This document shows positions 31,067-41,634 of a stretch of 64,000 bases of DNA, piece by piece (within the stretch, counting starts at the first letter, position 1; each line of letters opens with the position of its first letter). Under the pieces are notes generated by a model, which saw only the letters and a list, made by a program, of their open reading frames with translations, searched no databases and was not told the DNA's origin. Origin of the DNA: an uncultured Chthonomonadaceae bacterium (GTDB taxonomy: Bacteria; Armatimonadota; Chthonomonadetes; Chthonomonadales; Chthonomonadaceae); assembly GCA_963835065.1 (NCBI GenBank), contig CAWIEK010000063.1:205296-269295 (forward strand), given 5' to 3'. The translations under genes and the position numbers were made by a program.

Positions 31067-33982
31067 ATGTACACACCGATTTGGAACGCGGTTCGCAAGC
31101 ATCTGGACGCCGAGCGGATGCAGGCCGATGTTGCCGAGTTCTTTGAATTTTCGCGCTGGTCTTCCTTTGATAAGATCGTTGGCCTGGCGCAATGTATCGC
31201 CGCGAAAATGGAAGACATAGGACTGGAAGACGCGCGGCTGATTGAGTTTCCTGCCGATGGCCGAACCGCGCATGGCGGCTGGATGATGCCCCGCGCTTAC
31301 GATGTGCAGGCCGCGCGCCTGACATTACTTGGGTCAGGGACGGGAACGGACGCGGCAGACACGATTCTGGCGGATTATCATGCCAATCCCGTCAGTCTCA
31401 TGCTTTACAGCCTGCCCACGCCGCCCGAAGGGATTACGGCGGAACTTGTTGTTGCCGACAAACCGGAAGACATGACAGCGGAGCGCGTGTCAGGCCGGCT
31501 TGTGCTGACTTCGGGAATCGGCGTGGAGTTTAGTCAGGCGGCGATGCGGTCGGGGGCGTTGGGAGTGGTAAGCGACTGCCGCAACGCGCACCGGGTTTTC
31601 AAGAACGGTCCCGGAGTGGACACAAGCAATGAGTGGCACAACTACACCATTGCGCCCTGGGATGATGCCAACAAGGGCTTCGGGTTTTCGCTTTCACCGG
31701 AACGGGGGCGGGAATTGCGCGGACGGATTGCCGGGGGAGAGACGCTGCGTTGCCATGCCCTCGTGCAGACGCGCCATTATGACGGGATGCTGCCGGTTGT
31801 CAGCGGGCGCTTGCCGGGGGCGGAACCGGACGAGATCGTTCTGACCGGGCATTACGACGAGTTCGGGGCAGATGACAATTGTTCACAGGTCGCTGTTGCC
31901 CTCGAAGTATGCCGCGCCATTCGGACGATGCTTCAAAACGGCGAACTTCCTCCCTTGCGGCGGGCAATTCGCGTCCTGCTGCCGATGGAGGTGCGCGGCT
32001 TCAACGCCCTGATACAAAACGACGCCGAAATCCGCCATATACGCGCCGGGCTGAATATAGATACGGTCGGCACGGATCAAAATCAGGTCACGTCCACCTG
32101 TACCCTGTCCGACAACTTTGTGGCTCTGCCCTCCTATGCGGAAGAGTTCGCGGCGGAACTGCTAGCGCGGATTGCGGAGGAAAATCCGCTGTTTCGCTGG
32201 CGTCGTACAGATGCCGAAACCATTGACAACATTTTTGGCGAACCATTGATCGGAGCGCCCACGCCGTCCATCTGGCACTTCAGCGCCACGCACCATCTGG
32301 CAACGGACACGCCGGATCGTATTTCTGGTCGGATGCTGACGGACATGGCCCGCGTAACGGCAACGTATGCCGCGTTCCTGGCAAACTCCCAATTGCCGGA
32401 AGCGCTCTGGCTGTCGGAACTGGTGTTGGAACAGGCCAATCGCCGCATCGGGGAACTTGCAATACGCAGTTTGCGGTACGAAGCGGAAGGGGCGCAGACC
32501 GAATCAATGAAAAGGCAGTTGGAAAGCGTTTACGAGCAGTACGCGCAGAAACTGGCTTCCCCAATTGCGCTGGTTCCGTCCCTGTCGTTTGTGCCCTGCG
32601 CGGAACTCGCAAACGCGAACAGGCAGCATCTTGTCGGCGAAGACTACCTCTTGCCGCAGGAATTCTTTCAAGCCTGCGTTGCCGCCCTTCAATCGCAGTT
32701 GGAGCGCGTTCGTGACGAGACGATAGCGCGGATAGATCGCCGCAACGGGGAATTCTCAGGGAATCTCACGGCAATAACGGTTCCAGTCCGCGCAGGCGGA
32801 CTTCGTTATCACAGCCGAGGAATTTATTCCCCGGACTCGAAAAGTAACGATTTAATTGTTGAAAACCCCTTACCTGCCGCCGAATCCGTTCCTCCGGCGT
32901 TTGCGGCAAACGCTACGCCTGCGCCCGCAAGCCGCTGCGTCCCGTTGAAAACTTTTCGGGGATTTGCCGCCTTTGAGGATTTGAATGCCGAAGACAGCGC
33001 CTACGTCCGCGACGTTTTGGAAATTTCCGGCGGATGGGGAGCGCCTTCGTGGGTGCAGAACGCGCTGATGTACGCCAATGGCAAGCGTACCGCCGGAGAA
33101 ATCGCTTCTCTGCTGTGGCGTCATACCGGTCACGAACTGAATGTAGAGCGCCTGGAGCAAACCTTTGCCTTTTTTGCGAAGCGCGGCATGGTTCGTTTAC
33201 GTCCATACTTAACACAGGCCGAAATCAAGGCTGCTTTGGAACAGGCGGGGCTTGTAAGCGGCGATGTGGTGTTGGGGCATTTCGCTTTAAGCCGGTTCGG
33301 ATACATTGAGGGCGGAGCGGACGGCCTGATTGACACGCTGCTTTCCATCATCGGCGCGGACGGAACGCTCGTGATGCCGACGTTCACCTTTTCCTGGATT
33401 GGACGCCTGCCCTACGATCCGCAGGTTACGCCGTCAAGAGTGGGCGCGGTGACGAATTGCTTTTGGAAGCGGGAGGGCGTACTGCGCAGCGACCATCCCA
33501 CGCACTCGTTTGCCGCAATGGGAAAACACGCAGGGGATTTGCTGGCAGGCCATGACTATACCCGTTCGCCCCTCAGCGCGGACAGCCCGCTGAGTCGCCT
33601 TGCCGATCTGGACGCGAAAATACTGCTGTTTTCTCCTCCGACAACCAACACGATGATGCACATCGGGGAGTACCGGGCGGGACTGCCGATGCAGGATTAT
33701 CTCTGCCCGATTGTGGAAGACGGTACGCGGCGCGAGGTTGTCGTGCCCGATTGTCCCTGGCATGTGCGCTTTGCGCGGGCGTATGAGAAACTGTATGCGC
33801 GTGGACAGGTGCAGGACGTTGCGTTGGGCGAGGAAATTGTGCGAACTATGCGCTGCCGGGATGCCATTGACGCGCAGGCCGAAGTGATGCGCGAAACACC
33901 CGAATTACTGCTTCAACCGGGCTGTGATTGCCCCTATTGCCGACAACTAAAACAGTACCTGCATATTGACGCAGCGATGTGA
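31067..33982 (+). CDS. Fusion of an M28/DUF4910-like metallopeptidase (with winged helix) and an AAC(3)-family N-acetyltransferase
   Basis: GHYDEFGADDNCS, PMEVRG, NIDTVG, HHLATDTPD; C-terminal GTLVMPTFT, SDHPTHSFAA, NTMMHIGE. Confidence 0.85.
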   Translation: MYTPIWNAVRKHLDAERMQADVAEFFEFSRWSSFDKIVGLAQCIAAKMEDIGLEDARLIEFPADGRTAHGGWMMPRAYDVQAARLTLLGSGTGTDAADTILADYHANPVSLMLYSLPTPPEGITAELVVADKPEDMTAERVSGRLVLTSGIGVEFSQAAMRSGALGVVSDCRNAHRVFKNGPGVDTSNEWHNYTIAPWDDANKGFGFSLSPERGRELRGRIAGGETLRCHALVQTRHYDGMLPVVSGRLPGAEPDEIVLTGHYDEFGADDNCSQVAVALEVCRAIRTMLQNGELPPLRRAIRVLLPMEVRGFNALIQNDAEIRHIRAGLNIDTVGTDQNQVTSTCTLSDNFVALPSYAEEFAAELLARIAEENPLFRWRRTDAETIDNIFGEPLIGAPTPSIWHFSATHHLATDTPDRISGRMLTDMARVTATYAAFLANSQLPEALWLSELVLEQANRRIGELAIRSLRYEAEGAQTESMKRQLESVYEQYAQKLASPIALVPSLSFVPCAELANANRQHLVGEDYLLPQEFFQACVAALQSQLERVRDETIARIDRRNGEFSGNLTAITVPVRAGGLRYHSRGIYSPDSKSNDLIVENPLPAAESVPPAFAANATPAPASRCVPLKTFRGFAAFEDLNAEDSAYVRDVLEISGGWGAPSWVQNALMYANGKRTAGEIASLLWRHTGHELNVERLEQTFAFFAKRGMVRLRPYLTQAEIKAALEQAGLVSGDVVLGHFALSRFGYIEGGADGLIDTLLSIIGADGTLVMPTFTFSWIGRLPYDPQVTPSRVGAVTNCFWKREGVLRSDHPTHSFAAMGKHAGDLLAGHDYTRSPLSADSPLSRLADLDAKILLFSPPTTNTMMHIGEYRAGLPMQDYLCPIVEDGTRREVVVPDCPWHVRFARAYEKLYARGQVQDVALGEEIVRTMRCRDAIDAQAEVMRETPELLLQPGCDCPYCRQLKQYLHIDAAM

Positions 33983-34039
33983 GCCGAGTTTCAAGTCACG
34001 AGTTAATTAGAACGATATTAGTTTCAGGAGTAGCATACG

Positions 34040-34525
34040 GTGAACGATTTTCAATCCGTTCCGCCTGCGGTGGTTTCGCGTCCGGTCAGGCGGAATACGA
34101 GCAAACTGTTGGGAATAGGTTGCGGTGGCTGCGGCATCCTGTTTCTGCTCGCGCTGATTGGTGCTGTCCACCTGTTTCAATCCGGTTCTCAGGCGGTTGA
34201 AGGCGCGGACAAGCAGGCGGACGTATTTCTGAAAACGCTGGAAAAACCGGATTATCAAGGCGCGTACAAACTGCTGTCCCCGCAAACGCAGGCCACGACG
34301 AAACCGGAAAACATTCAGGACGTGATGGAAGCGGTTCAAAAACGCAGAGGCGCGGCAACCAGCCACGAAAAACTGCCGGGCTTCAACATCAACACTTACA
34401 ACGGCGTGACGCAGGTGCGTCTTGCGTATCAGGAACACTTTCGCAACGGCAACACCTCGGTACAACTCCTGCTCACTTCTGAGCAGGGCAACTGGAAGGT
34501 AACAGCCTTCGATTTTCAGTTTTGA
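34040..34525 (+). CDS. Hypothetical single-TM protein (NTF2-like ectodomain suspected)
   Basis: GIGCGGCG TM anchor; DYQGAYKLLSP; GNWKVTAF. Confidence 0.7.
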   Translation: MNDFQSVPPAVVSRPVRRNTSKLLGIGCGGCGILFLLALIGAVHLFQSGSQAVEGADKQADVFLKTLEKPDYQGAYKLLSPQTQATTKPENIQDVMEAVQKRRGAATSHEKLPGFNINTYNGVTQVRLAYQEHFRNGNTSVQLLLTSEQGNWKVTAFDFQF

Positions 34526-34553
34526 CGCCATGCACGGATAGGCGGAGAATACC

Positions 34554-36373
34554 ATGAGCCTCCAAACTCCACAACTTCAGATGAACCGTATGGGAGGAAC
34601 GCGCGCATCCTCCGATGCCCTGAGCGCCAAACTGCAACAGGCGCGACGGCGCATCCGCAGCCTGATGCTGCTGCGCTTTGGGTCGCTCGGCCTGCTGCTG
34701 TCCGCTCTGACCGCGCTTGTGCTTGTCGGATTGGGCAAAACGCATGTTATCGAACTGGCTGCGCCCCCGATGTTAGGACTGCTGATCGGCGTTGGCGTTG
34801 CCATTGGCTTCGCGTTCGCCTTTTGGCCGCGCTTGACGGACGTGGATGTTGCAAAACTGACGGAACGCCGCGCCGACTTGAAGGAGCGTTTGAGCAGCGC
34901 AGTCGAGTTTCAGCATCAAGGGGTTGACGCAGCCGCCCCCTTCTTTAAGGAGCAATGGACGGACGCCAATGTCCACGCGCAGGGCATCAGCATCCCCGCC
35001 CTGTTTCCCGTTCGCGTTCCCCGTACCTTTTATGGCGGCCTGATCCTGGCACTGCTGCTGTTCGGCGCGTTTTTCCTGCCCAATCTGCCCGTGTTCTGGT
35101 CCAAAGAGCGCAAAAAGGATTTGGAAGATGTGAAAGTGGCGGCGATTGCCATCCAAAAGGTTGCGGAAGACACGGAAAAATCCGCCGATACGCAAAAACT
35201 GGACGAAGCCAAAAAAGCCGCGCAGGATGTGAAGGCGCTTACCAACAAAATGAAGATGGGCAAATTGGAAAAGAAGCCCGCCCTGCTTGCCATGTCCAAG
35301 CTGACGCAGAAACTGGAGGAGCAAAAGCAGAAACTGGAAACCGGCCTGCCCAAAAAGTCTATGGACGATGCCGCCAAACAGTTCAAGCAGTCGCTGGACA
35401 AAATGCAGCAGGATGTGGAAAAGTCGCAGCAGGACAAGCAGGCTAACGCCGCCAAACCGCAAACCAAAAACGGCCAAAAGCCAATGGACAAAACCGCGCA
35501 GAACAACCCCGCCAACAAGCCCAACGAAGCCATGAAGCAGATGCAGCAGGCGCTTCAAAAAATGCAGCAGGCCATGCAGATGAACGATACGTCGCAAATG
35601 CAGATGGCGATGGAAAAGATGGCGCAGCAGATGCAGCAGAACGGGCGCAAATGACGCCGCAGCAAATGCAGCAGATGCAGCAGGCATTAGCCCAACTGTC
35701 GCAAGCCCTGCAAAATACGGAAATGCAGCAAATGTCGGAGCAGATGCAGCAGCTTGCGCAGCAAATGCAGCAGATGCAGGGGCAGATGTCGCCGGAGCAG
35801 ATGCAGCAACTCGCGAACGCGCTCAAGAAAATGGCCGGCCTGGCAAAAAACCCCGGCAAAGGCATGGCAAAAGGCCAATTGGACGCCAAAGCGCTGGAAG
35901 AACTGTTGCAGGCGCTCAAGGATGGCAAGCTGACGATGTGCATGGGGCAGGGAAACAAACCCGGCTTCGGGGGCAAAGGACCGGGCAAAGGCTTCGGCGG
36001 GCAGGGCGACCTGAAAAACCCCATGAAAGACCCCGGCGTCACCAAAGCCGAACTGCTCGTCGCCAACAAAAGCCAGTGGAGCAAGGCAGCCGGCAAGCAG
36101 GGCGACCCCAAGAAGTTTGCCGAGTACCTCGCCATGTCGTCCAAACCGTCCAAACACGCCCCGAACGGCATGGTGATGGGAACCCGGACGCAGCAGGGCG
36201 ACGAACTCCAACTCAACATGACTGGCGATCCCGACCCGACCCAGAGCAGCTCGCCCTACTACAAAGCCTACGAAACCAGCAAAAAGCAGGCGGAAAGCAC
36301 CCTGGACAAAGAAGCCGTCCCCGCCGCCTACAAAAAGCAGGTGAAGGATTATTTTGATAGTATTCATCCTTGA
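34554..36373 (+). CDS. Membrane-anchored Gln/Met/Lys-rich coiled-coil protein (frameshift near 35650)
   Basis: TM segments, LKERLSSAVEF, long coiled coil; C-terminal VPAAYKKQVKDYF typical of MoxR-associated proteins. Confidence 0.8.
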
Positions 36374-36500
36374 AGTAGTCAGTAGTCAGTAGTCAGTAGT
36401 CAGTAGAGAACCTCCTTCTATTAGCTGGTGTCACAATGAACAAGACTTTGAGTAAGCAGGCATTTCTACTGACTACTGACTACTGACTACTGACTACTTC
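36372..36500. repeat. Inverted heptamer-array element (AGTAGTC), perfect 35-bp arms
   Basis: (AGTAGTC)x4.7, 59-nt spacer, (GACTACT)x4.7. Confidence 0.97.
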
Positions 36501-36515
36501 TCCGCAGGAGAACCA

Positions 36516-37523
36516 ATGCCCGCCATCGAACAGCAAACCGTCCAATTCAAAACAGATTTTGAGCGCGTCAAGAACGAGATACGCAAGGTGATTGTCGGCA
36601 ATGAGCCGATCATAGACGGCGTGTTGATCTGCCTGCTGGCGGGGGGACACGCGCTGCTCGAAGGCGTACCGGGGCTGGGCAAGACCCTGCTCGTGCGGAC
36701 GCTGGCGCAGGCCGTGCATCTCAAATTCGCCCGCGTCCAGTTTACGCCCGACCTGATGCCCGCCGATATTACGGGCACGAACATTCTGGCCGAAAACGCG
36801 GCGGGGCAGAAAGAATTCCGGTTTCAGGCCGGGCCGGTGTTTGCCAACATCGTGCTTGCCGACGAAATCAACCGCGCCACGCCCAAAACGCAGTCCGCCA
36901 TGCTGGAAGCCATGCAGGAGCATAACGTGACCGTAGCCGGAACGCGGCACGGGCTGGACGAGCCGTTTTTCGTCCTGGCAACGCAGAACCCGATTGAAAT
37001 GGAAGGCACGTACCCCCTGCCGGAAGCGCAGATGGACCGCTTTTTGTTCAAGCTGCTGGTGCTGTCGCCCACGTTTGAAGATATGTCCGCGATTGTGGAT
37101 CGCACGACGGGCATTGCGGCTCCGCCGATTGACGCCGTGATGGACGGCGCGACTATTCTGCAAATGCGGCAACTTGCGCGGGAAGTGCCGATTTCGCCGT
37201 CCGTGCGGGAGTTCGCCATCAAGGTCGTGTTGGGAACGCACCCCGATTCGGAACACGCGCCGCCGGCGATTCGGCAGTTCGTGCGCGTCGGAGCCAGTCC
37301 GCGCGGCGCGCAGGCGATTGTGATGACCGCCAAAATCAAAGCCTTGCTTGCCGGACGGTACAACGTCGCTTTGGAAGACATAGCCTCTGTTGCCCTGCCC
37401 GCCCTACGCCACCGCCTGATTTTGAACTTCGAGGGCGAAGCCGAAGCCATCGCGCCCGACACGCTGGTACAAGCCATCCTCGACAAAGCCAAACTCGGAA
37501 CCGAAGTAAAAGTAGCCGTGTGA
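36516..37523 (+). CDS. moxR: MoxR family AAA+ ATPase
   Basis: EGVPGLGKT, QFTPDLMPADITG, LADEINRATPKTQSA, ATQNPIEMEGTYPLPEAQMDRF. Confidence 0.95.
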   Translation: MPAIEQQTVQFKTDFERVKNEIRKVIVGNEPIIDGVLICLLAGGHALLEGVPGLGKTLLVRTLAQAVHLKFARVQFTPDLMPADITGTNILAENAAGQKEFRFQAGPVFANIVLADEINRATPKTQSAMLEAMQEHNVTVAGTRHGLDEPFFVLATQNPIEMEGTYPLPEAQMDRFLFKLLVLSPTFEDMSAIVDRTTGIAAPPIDAVMDGATILQMRQLAREVPISPSVREFAIKVVLGTHPDSEHAPPAIRQFVRVGASPRGAQAIVMTAKIKALLAGRYNVALEDIASVALPALRHRLILNFEGEAEAIAPDTLVQAILDKAKLGTEVKVAV

Positions 37524-37532
37524 GTAGACGCC

Positions 37533-38002
37533 ATGGAACCAATTAGGACAGCACAACCGTCCGATTACATCGCAGTAGTGCTGAAGCCTCACGAACTTGC
37601 CTATGCTCATGCCACAGGTGTGATGCGCTACCATGAGCGCGGCGGCTCGGATTAGCAAGTGGTTATGCTTCCGAGGAACGAGATAGAGAGTCTGCGGCGG
37701 CAGAACTGGCGTTTGCCATTGCCCTTAATTTGAGCCGCCAACTCACCGTCAACAAATTCAAAGAGCCTGATATTGCCGGGTGGCAGGTTAGAAGTACAAG
37801 GTATGTGTTCGGATGCCTTGTAGTACGGCCTGACGATGCCGATGAGGAACCCTTTGTTCTGGCGCGAGGTACTGGAAGTGGTTGGGAGGTTGTTGGATGG
37901 CTGCGAGGCAAAGATGCGAAACAACTCCAATGGGCACGTAATCCGGGAGGCAAGGGGAGATGCTGGATGGTTCCCGCCTGGGAACTGTTACCTGTGAAGT
38001 GA
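37533..38002 (+). CDS. Phage-like hypothetical protein (possible PD-(D/E)xK fold), frameshift near 37637
   Basis: MEPIRT...YHE joins ARRLGLASGY...AAAELAFAIALN...FKEPDIAGWQVRST...LVVRPDD...VVGWLRGKDAK if one base is restored. Confidence 0.55.
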
Positions 38003-38090
38003 ATGATATAATCATTTTGAGTGTTTGTACACACCTGGCAAGAGCGCGAGGTGAAAACATAATCAACCATGATTTGGCTGGAGTCCCATA

Positions 38091-38303
38091 ATGACGGTAA
38101 AGACAGTTGAAAATCTGCAAACCCCTGTACCCGTGTCAGAAGAGGAGCTTTTGGAGGCAGAGGCGGCGGAGTATCTCGAATACTTGAATGAACGTGATAC
38201 GCGCGTGAGACTGGCCCGCGAAAAGTACCCGGAAGAATACGCGGAGTATAAAAGACGCGAGTTAGAACTTGCCAACCGTATCGTTGCGTCAGAAGCAACA
38301 TAG
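38091..38303 (+). CDS. Small acidic hypothetical protein
   Basis: GGAG RBS; 70-aa helical Glu-rich ORF. Confidence 0.5.
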   Translation: MTVKTVENLQTPVPVSEEELLEAEAAEYLEYLNERDTRVRLAREKYPEEYAEYKRRELELANRIVASEAT

Positions 38304-38379
38304 ACCTGACACATTCCCAAACGCCTAAGTCCGCAAAGCCATACAGGAAGCGTCCAACAACCAGAGTAACAACTGTAAC

Positions 38380-38419
38380 ACGCCACTTTGCCATTAGAAA
38401 GCAGAGTGGCGTATTTTTT
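38380..38419 (+). terminator. Intrinsic terminator
   Basis: ACGCCACTTTGC/GCAGAGTGGCGT hairpin followed by a T run. Confidence 0.65.
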
Positions 38420-38614
38420 ACGAAATTTATGTGGAAAAGAAGGAATCTATTTTGCGATCTGTGAATTATGGTATGCTAGTACAGTTACCGGCTTATGCAA
38501 GATGTTTGCAGGGAAAGGAGGTTTGTTTCCATTCTATTGATGAGTTCCGCCAAAACGTTGTTCCCGTTTGCATACGATGCCCTTACCGCATCGTTATATC
38601 GAAGGAGATAGGCA

Positions 38615-39412
38615 ATGGTACTTCGTTCCAAAAACGCATTCACCCTGATTGAACTGCTCGTGGTCATCGCCATCATCGCCATCTTGGCCGCTATTTTGTT
38701 CCCCGTCTTCGCGCAGGCGCGCGAAAAAGCGCGTCAGATTTCCTGCCTTTCCAATCTCAAGCAGTTGGGCACGGGCATGGCGATGTATACGCAGGATTTT
38801 GACGAAAATATGTGCGCCCCGTTCGTCGGCGCTCCGGGACCTCTCGCCCTCACCTGGGATCGGCTGATCCAGCCGTATGCCAAAAGCACCCAGATCATCA
38901 CCTGCCCCAGTGACATTTACTCGCCGTCCGTAGATGTGGCGGGCGGCAAAATTGTGGCAGGCCGCATCCAGCGCTCCTACACCATGCCCACGCAGTTGGG
39001 ATGGCTGTACTGGGATGGACAGAACAACGGCTATGGAAGCGTGTTCAGCGTTCCGCTCGCCAAGATCGGCTTTCCCACCATCACCTTCCAACTGTTCGAG
39101 CGCGACAACTGCAACGGCATCGGCGGCGATTGGAACTGGTGTTCGGTCAGCGACGGCAGCAATGAATGGGCCTATCGGCACACCGGCCGCGCCAACCTCG
39201 TTTACATAGACGGCCATGCCAAAAGTTCTCCCCCCGGAGACCCCGCCAAGCAGAAGTACGCCATTCTGCCCGGCTATCGCTGCTGGCCGCACCGCGCCCC
39301 CAATTCCGCCATCCGGTTCACGGGCAACTGGCATGACATCATCCCCATACATGACGGCATAGACGCGACCTGTCCCGGCGGCACGGAGGGCGACCCGAAT
39401 CCGCAGCCGTAG
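38615..39412 (+). CDS. Prepilin-type N-terminal cleavage/methylation protein (DUF1559-like, H-x9-DG)
   Basis: [56 protein letters not shown]. Confidence 0.93.
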   Translation: MVLRSKNAFTLIELLVVIAIIAILAAILFPVFAQAREKARQISCLSNLKQLGTGMAMYTQDFDENMCAPFVGAPGPLALTWDRLIQPYAKSTQIITCPSDIYSPSVDVAGGKIVAGRIQRSYTMPTQLGWLYWDGQNNGYGSVFSVPLAKIGFPTITFQLFERDNCNGIGGDWNWCSVSDGSNEWAYRHTGRANLVYIDGHAKSSPPGDPAKQKYAILPGYRCWPHRAPNSAIRFTGNWHDIIPIHDGIDATCPGGTEGDPNPQP

Positions 39413-39587
39413 TTCGTTCCGTGAAACCTTCTGTAAGAGCCTATCCCATCAGGCGCTGCGCTGAACTAAGCGGTAGGGCACTGAAAGTTCGTAGTTCCTG
39501 CATCTCTATCAACCACGAACTATCAACTATCAACTGCTTAGAGAATTGTCCTATGAGGATAGGCTCTAAGGCATGGGAGCCAAAAAC

Positions 39588-39890
39588 ATGAAACAAGAGA
39601 TTCATCCTATCGCGCTTGTCGGAGCTATCGTGGTCCTCGTCGCCTTGATTGCGGTGTTTGGCTACCGCGCTCTCCAGCCCGCGCCGTATACGCCTTCGCC
39701 CGGCGTGGTTGGCGGGAGCGGAGCCGTGCCGGGCAGTGTTCAAAAATCCGCGCGCCCGTCAACGCCTGAAGCGTCCGCCACGCCTGCCGCCACTCCTGCC
39801 GCCAATGCGTCTGCGACCAACACAGCCACCTACTATCCCTCCGCTCCCCCCGGCTCCATTCCCGGCAAGCCGGTCAACAGCGGTCACTGA
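39588..39890 (+). CDS. Small single-TM Pro/Ala-rich protein
   Basis: MKQEIHP plus TM helix and low-complexity tail, downstream of a prepilin-like gene. Confidence 0.7.
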   Translation: MKQEIHPIALVGAIVVLVALIAVFGYRALQPAPYTPSPGVVGGSGAVPGSVQKSARPSTPEASATPAATPAANASATNTATYYPSAPPGSIPGKPVNSGH

Positions 39891-40004
39891 GGGGAGTAAG
39901 AACCTATCCCAGCAGGTTCCCCTTCTCCCAACTTTGGGAGAAGGGGTTAGGGGTTGAGGGCCGGTTGGGAGAAGTTTAAGACGCCAGAGTTGCCCACGAA
40001 CAAA

Positions 40005-40042
40005 ACTCCGGCGAGAGAATGGAAACATTCTCTCGCCGGAGT
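40005..40042. terminator. Hairpin between convergent genes
   Basis: Perfect 17-bp stem ACTCCGGCGAGAGAATG with GAAA loop. Confidence 0.75.
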
Positions 40043-40098
40043 CTTATTGTTTACGCAGCCATCCTGCTATCAACTACGAACTATCAACTATCAACTGC

Positions 40099-41016
40099 TT
40101 ATTTGAGGCTGTAGGTCACGCCGAAGCTGCCCAGGTTGCTCGTGCCTGCCGCGAGGAAGGCCTGGGGAGCCGTGCCCGTTGTCGCGTTCTGCGCATTGGA
40201 GCTGGAAGCGGCATTGCCGCCTGCGGAAACCTGCCCGCCCTTCAAGGATTTGGAATGTCCATCTCCCAGAGCGTAGATGCCGCCCTCGCTGTGGCGACCC
40301 TTGGGGAAGGTGGCGCTGAAGCCATTGCTGCAGGTCAGAGTGCTGGGGGGCGTGGGGTTCGTGCCGTCGCACTTGTAGCCACCGGGAACGCCGGCTTCGT
40401 ACACAACGACGCCATTATTCGGGGGAGCCGCGCCGGGCGCGAGTTCCGTGAAGTACAGCACGTTGATACCATCGCCGGCAGACGAGGAATAGCCGTTGCT
40501 GCCCAGAGGAGTTTCGCCACTGGTCACCGCGTTGGCGAGGTCGCCTTTAACTTCCGTCAGCAGCACCGTGCTGGCGGGGGCCGTCATCGAAGCCAGCGCC
40601 GCGCCATTGGCGCAGTTGTAGTTGTAGCTGTAGGAAACCGGGTACAGAGCCGGCGTCGTCGTCGTAGCGGCAACGGGAGCCGTGGGATCATCCGGGCAGC
40701 GAAGCACCTGCGCGTTTTTGGTGTAGGAATACGTGGAACCCGCCCAGCCGACGCCGGGAGTGATGGCGGTGTTGGCGCTGGCCTTGACGCCGCGCCCGGA
40801 GGGGAACTGCTCATCGAAATCCTGGACGTACATCAGGATGCCCAGGCCGACCTGCTTGGTGTTGCTAAGGCAGCTGGCCTGCCGCGCCTTTTCGCGCGCC
40901 TGCGCAAAGACCGGGAACAGAATGGCCGCGAGAATCGCGATAATGGCGATCACGACGAGCAATTCGATCAGCGTGAAGCCCTGTGCGGACTTGCGGGGGG
41001 TTGAAGCGTGTGTCAA
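40099..41016 (-). CDS. Prepilin-type N-terminal cleavage/methylation protein (DUF1559-like, H-x9-DG)
   Basis: TTG start after [16 protein letters not shown]...; [16 protein letters not shown]. Confidence 0.92.
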   Translation of the reverse strand: MTHASTPRKSAQGFTLIELLVVIAIIAILAAILFPVFAQAREKARQASCLSNTKQVGLGILMYVQDFDEQFPSGRGVKASANTAITPGVGWAGSTYSYTKNAQVLRCPDDPTAPVAATTTTPALYPVSYSYNYNCANGAALASMTAPASTVLLTEVKGDLANAVTSGETPLGSNGYSSSAGDGINVLYFTELAPGAAPPNNGVVVYEAGVPGGYKCDGTNPTPPSTLTCSNGFSATFPKGRHSEGGIYALGDGHSKSLKGGQVSAGGNAASSSNAQNATTGTAPQAFLAAGTSNLGSFGVTYSLK

Positions 41017-41302
41017 CGTGTCTCTCTCCTCTTGGTGTAAGAACGGAACCACAAAGGCTTTCCGTTTGGTGCGTGAAGTCCTGTGTCTAAAGATGTCTTT
41101 GTCAACAGGGCTGTCACTCAAGCGCGCACAAAGGACCGGCGCAGACACGTCATCGTGGATTGCAGTCCATACCCGATACCGCCGTAAGAGCAAATCGGGC
41201 GCCGTATAGGAAAATAAGTGCGGAAAAGGCCGGAGCGCCTGGAAACCGGTGCGCGTCCGCCTTCATACATCGTGTCCGCTCTTTATGCGCTATGCTGTTG
41301 GT

Positions 41303-41331
41303 AGTATAGTGAATCCTTTCGCGTTTGTCAA
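41303..41331 (-). promoter_or_regulatory. Sigma70 promoter
   Basis: TTGACA-17 nt-TATACT on the minus strand, about 280 nt upstream of the prepilin start. Confidence 0.75.
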
Positions 41332-41634
41332 GGCATTTGGAAGAAATTTATGAAAAATTCGCTTCCGAACCCCTTCGCGGGAACTTTTTTCTGTATTCAT
41401 GGGACATAAACTTGTATTTGCGCTGTATTTTGATTTAAATATAGGCTAAATTCCGCAACGGACGCTGTAAAAAATAGTGGCTGTGAGAGAAGGAAAACGA
41501 AGCCTTCCTGTTCAATTGACGCTTTATTCCAACAGCCTCCATGCGCTTCGCGCCTTAGAGCATGAACATACTGGATTGTCCGAACACCGAATACCGAACA
41601 CCGAACACCGGCATTTGCAGCACAGGTACATTTC

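Noticed and set aside
33200..33982. AAC(3) domain as a bona fide aminoglycoside-resistance gene
   Set aside because: The family includes many non-resistance members, and the fusion and operon context do not indicate resistance without an assay.
35640..35660. Programmed frameshift or two-gene split in the coiled-coil gene
   Set aside because: No convincing slippery site with stimulator; one missing base explains it, as in other genes here.
35530..35810. CAGATGCAG-rich repeats
   Set aside because: They reflect Gln/Met-rich coiled-coil coding, not an independent DNA repeat.
39919..39960. CCCTTCTCCCAACTTTGGGAGAAGGGGTTAGGGGTTGAGGG palindrome, with related sequences near 24163-24268 and 44070-44116
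   Set aside because: Resembles a common dispersed palindromic repeat; the copies are too degenerate to define and no associated gene is present.
41017..41300. Known riboswitch in the prepilin leader
   Set aside because: No recognisable c-di-GMP, TPP, SAM or cobalamin consensus by eye.
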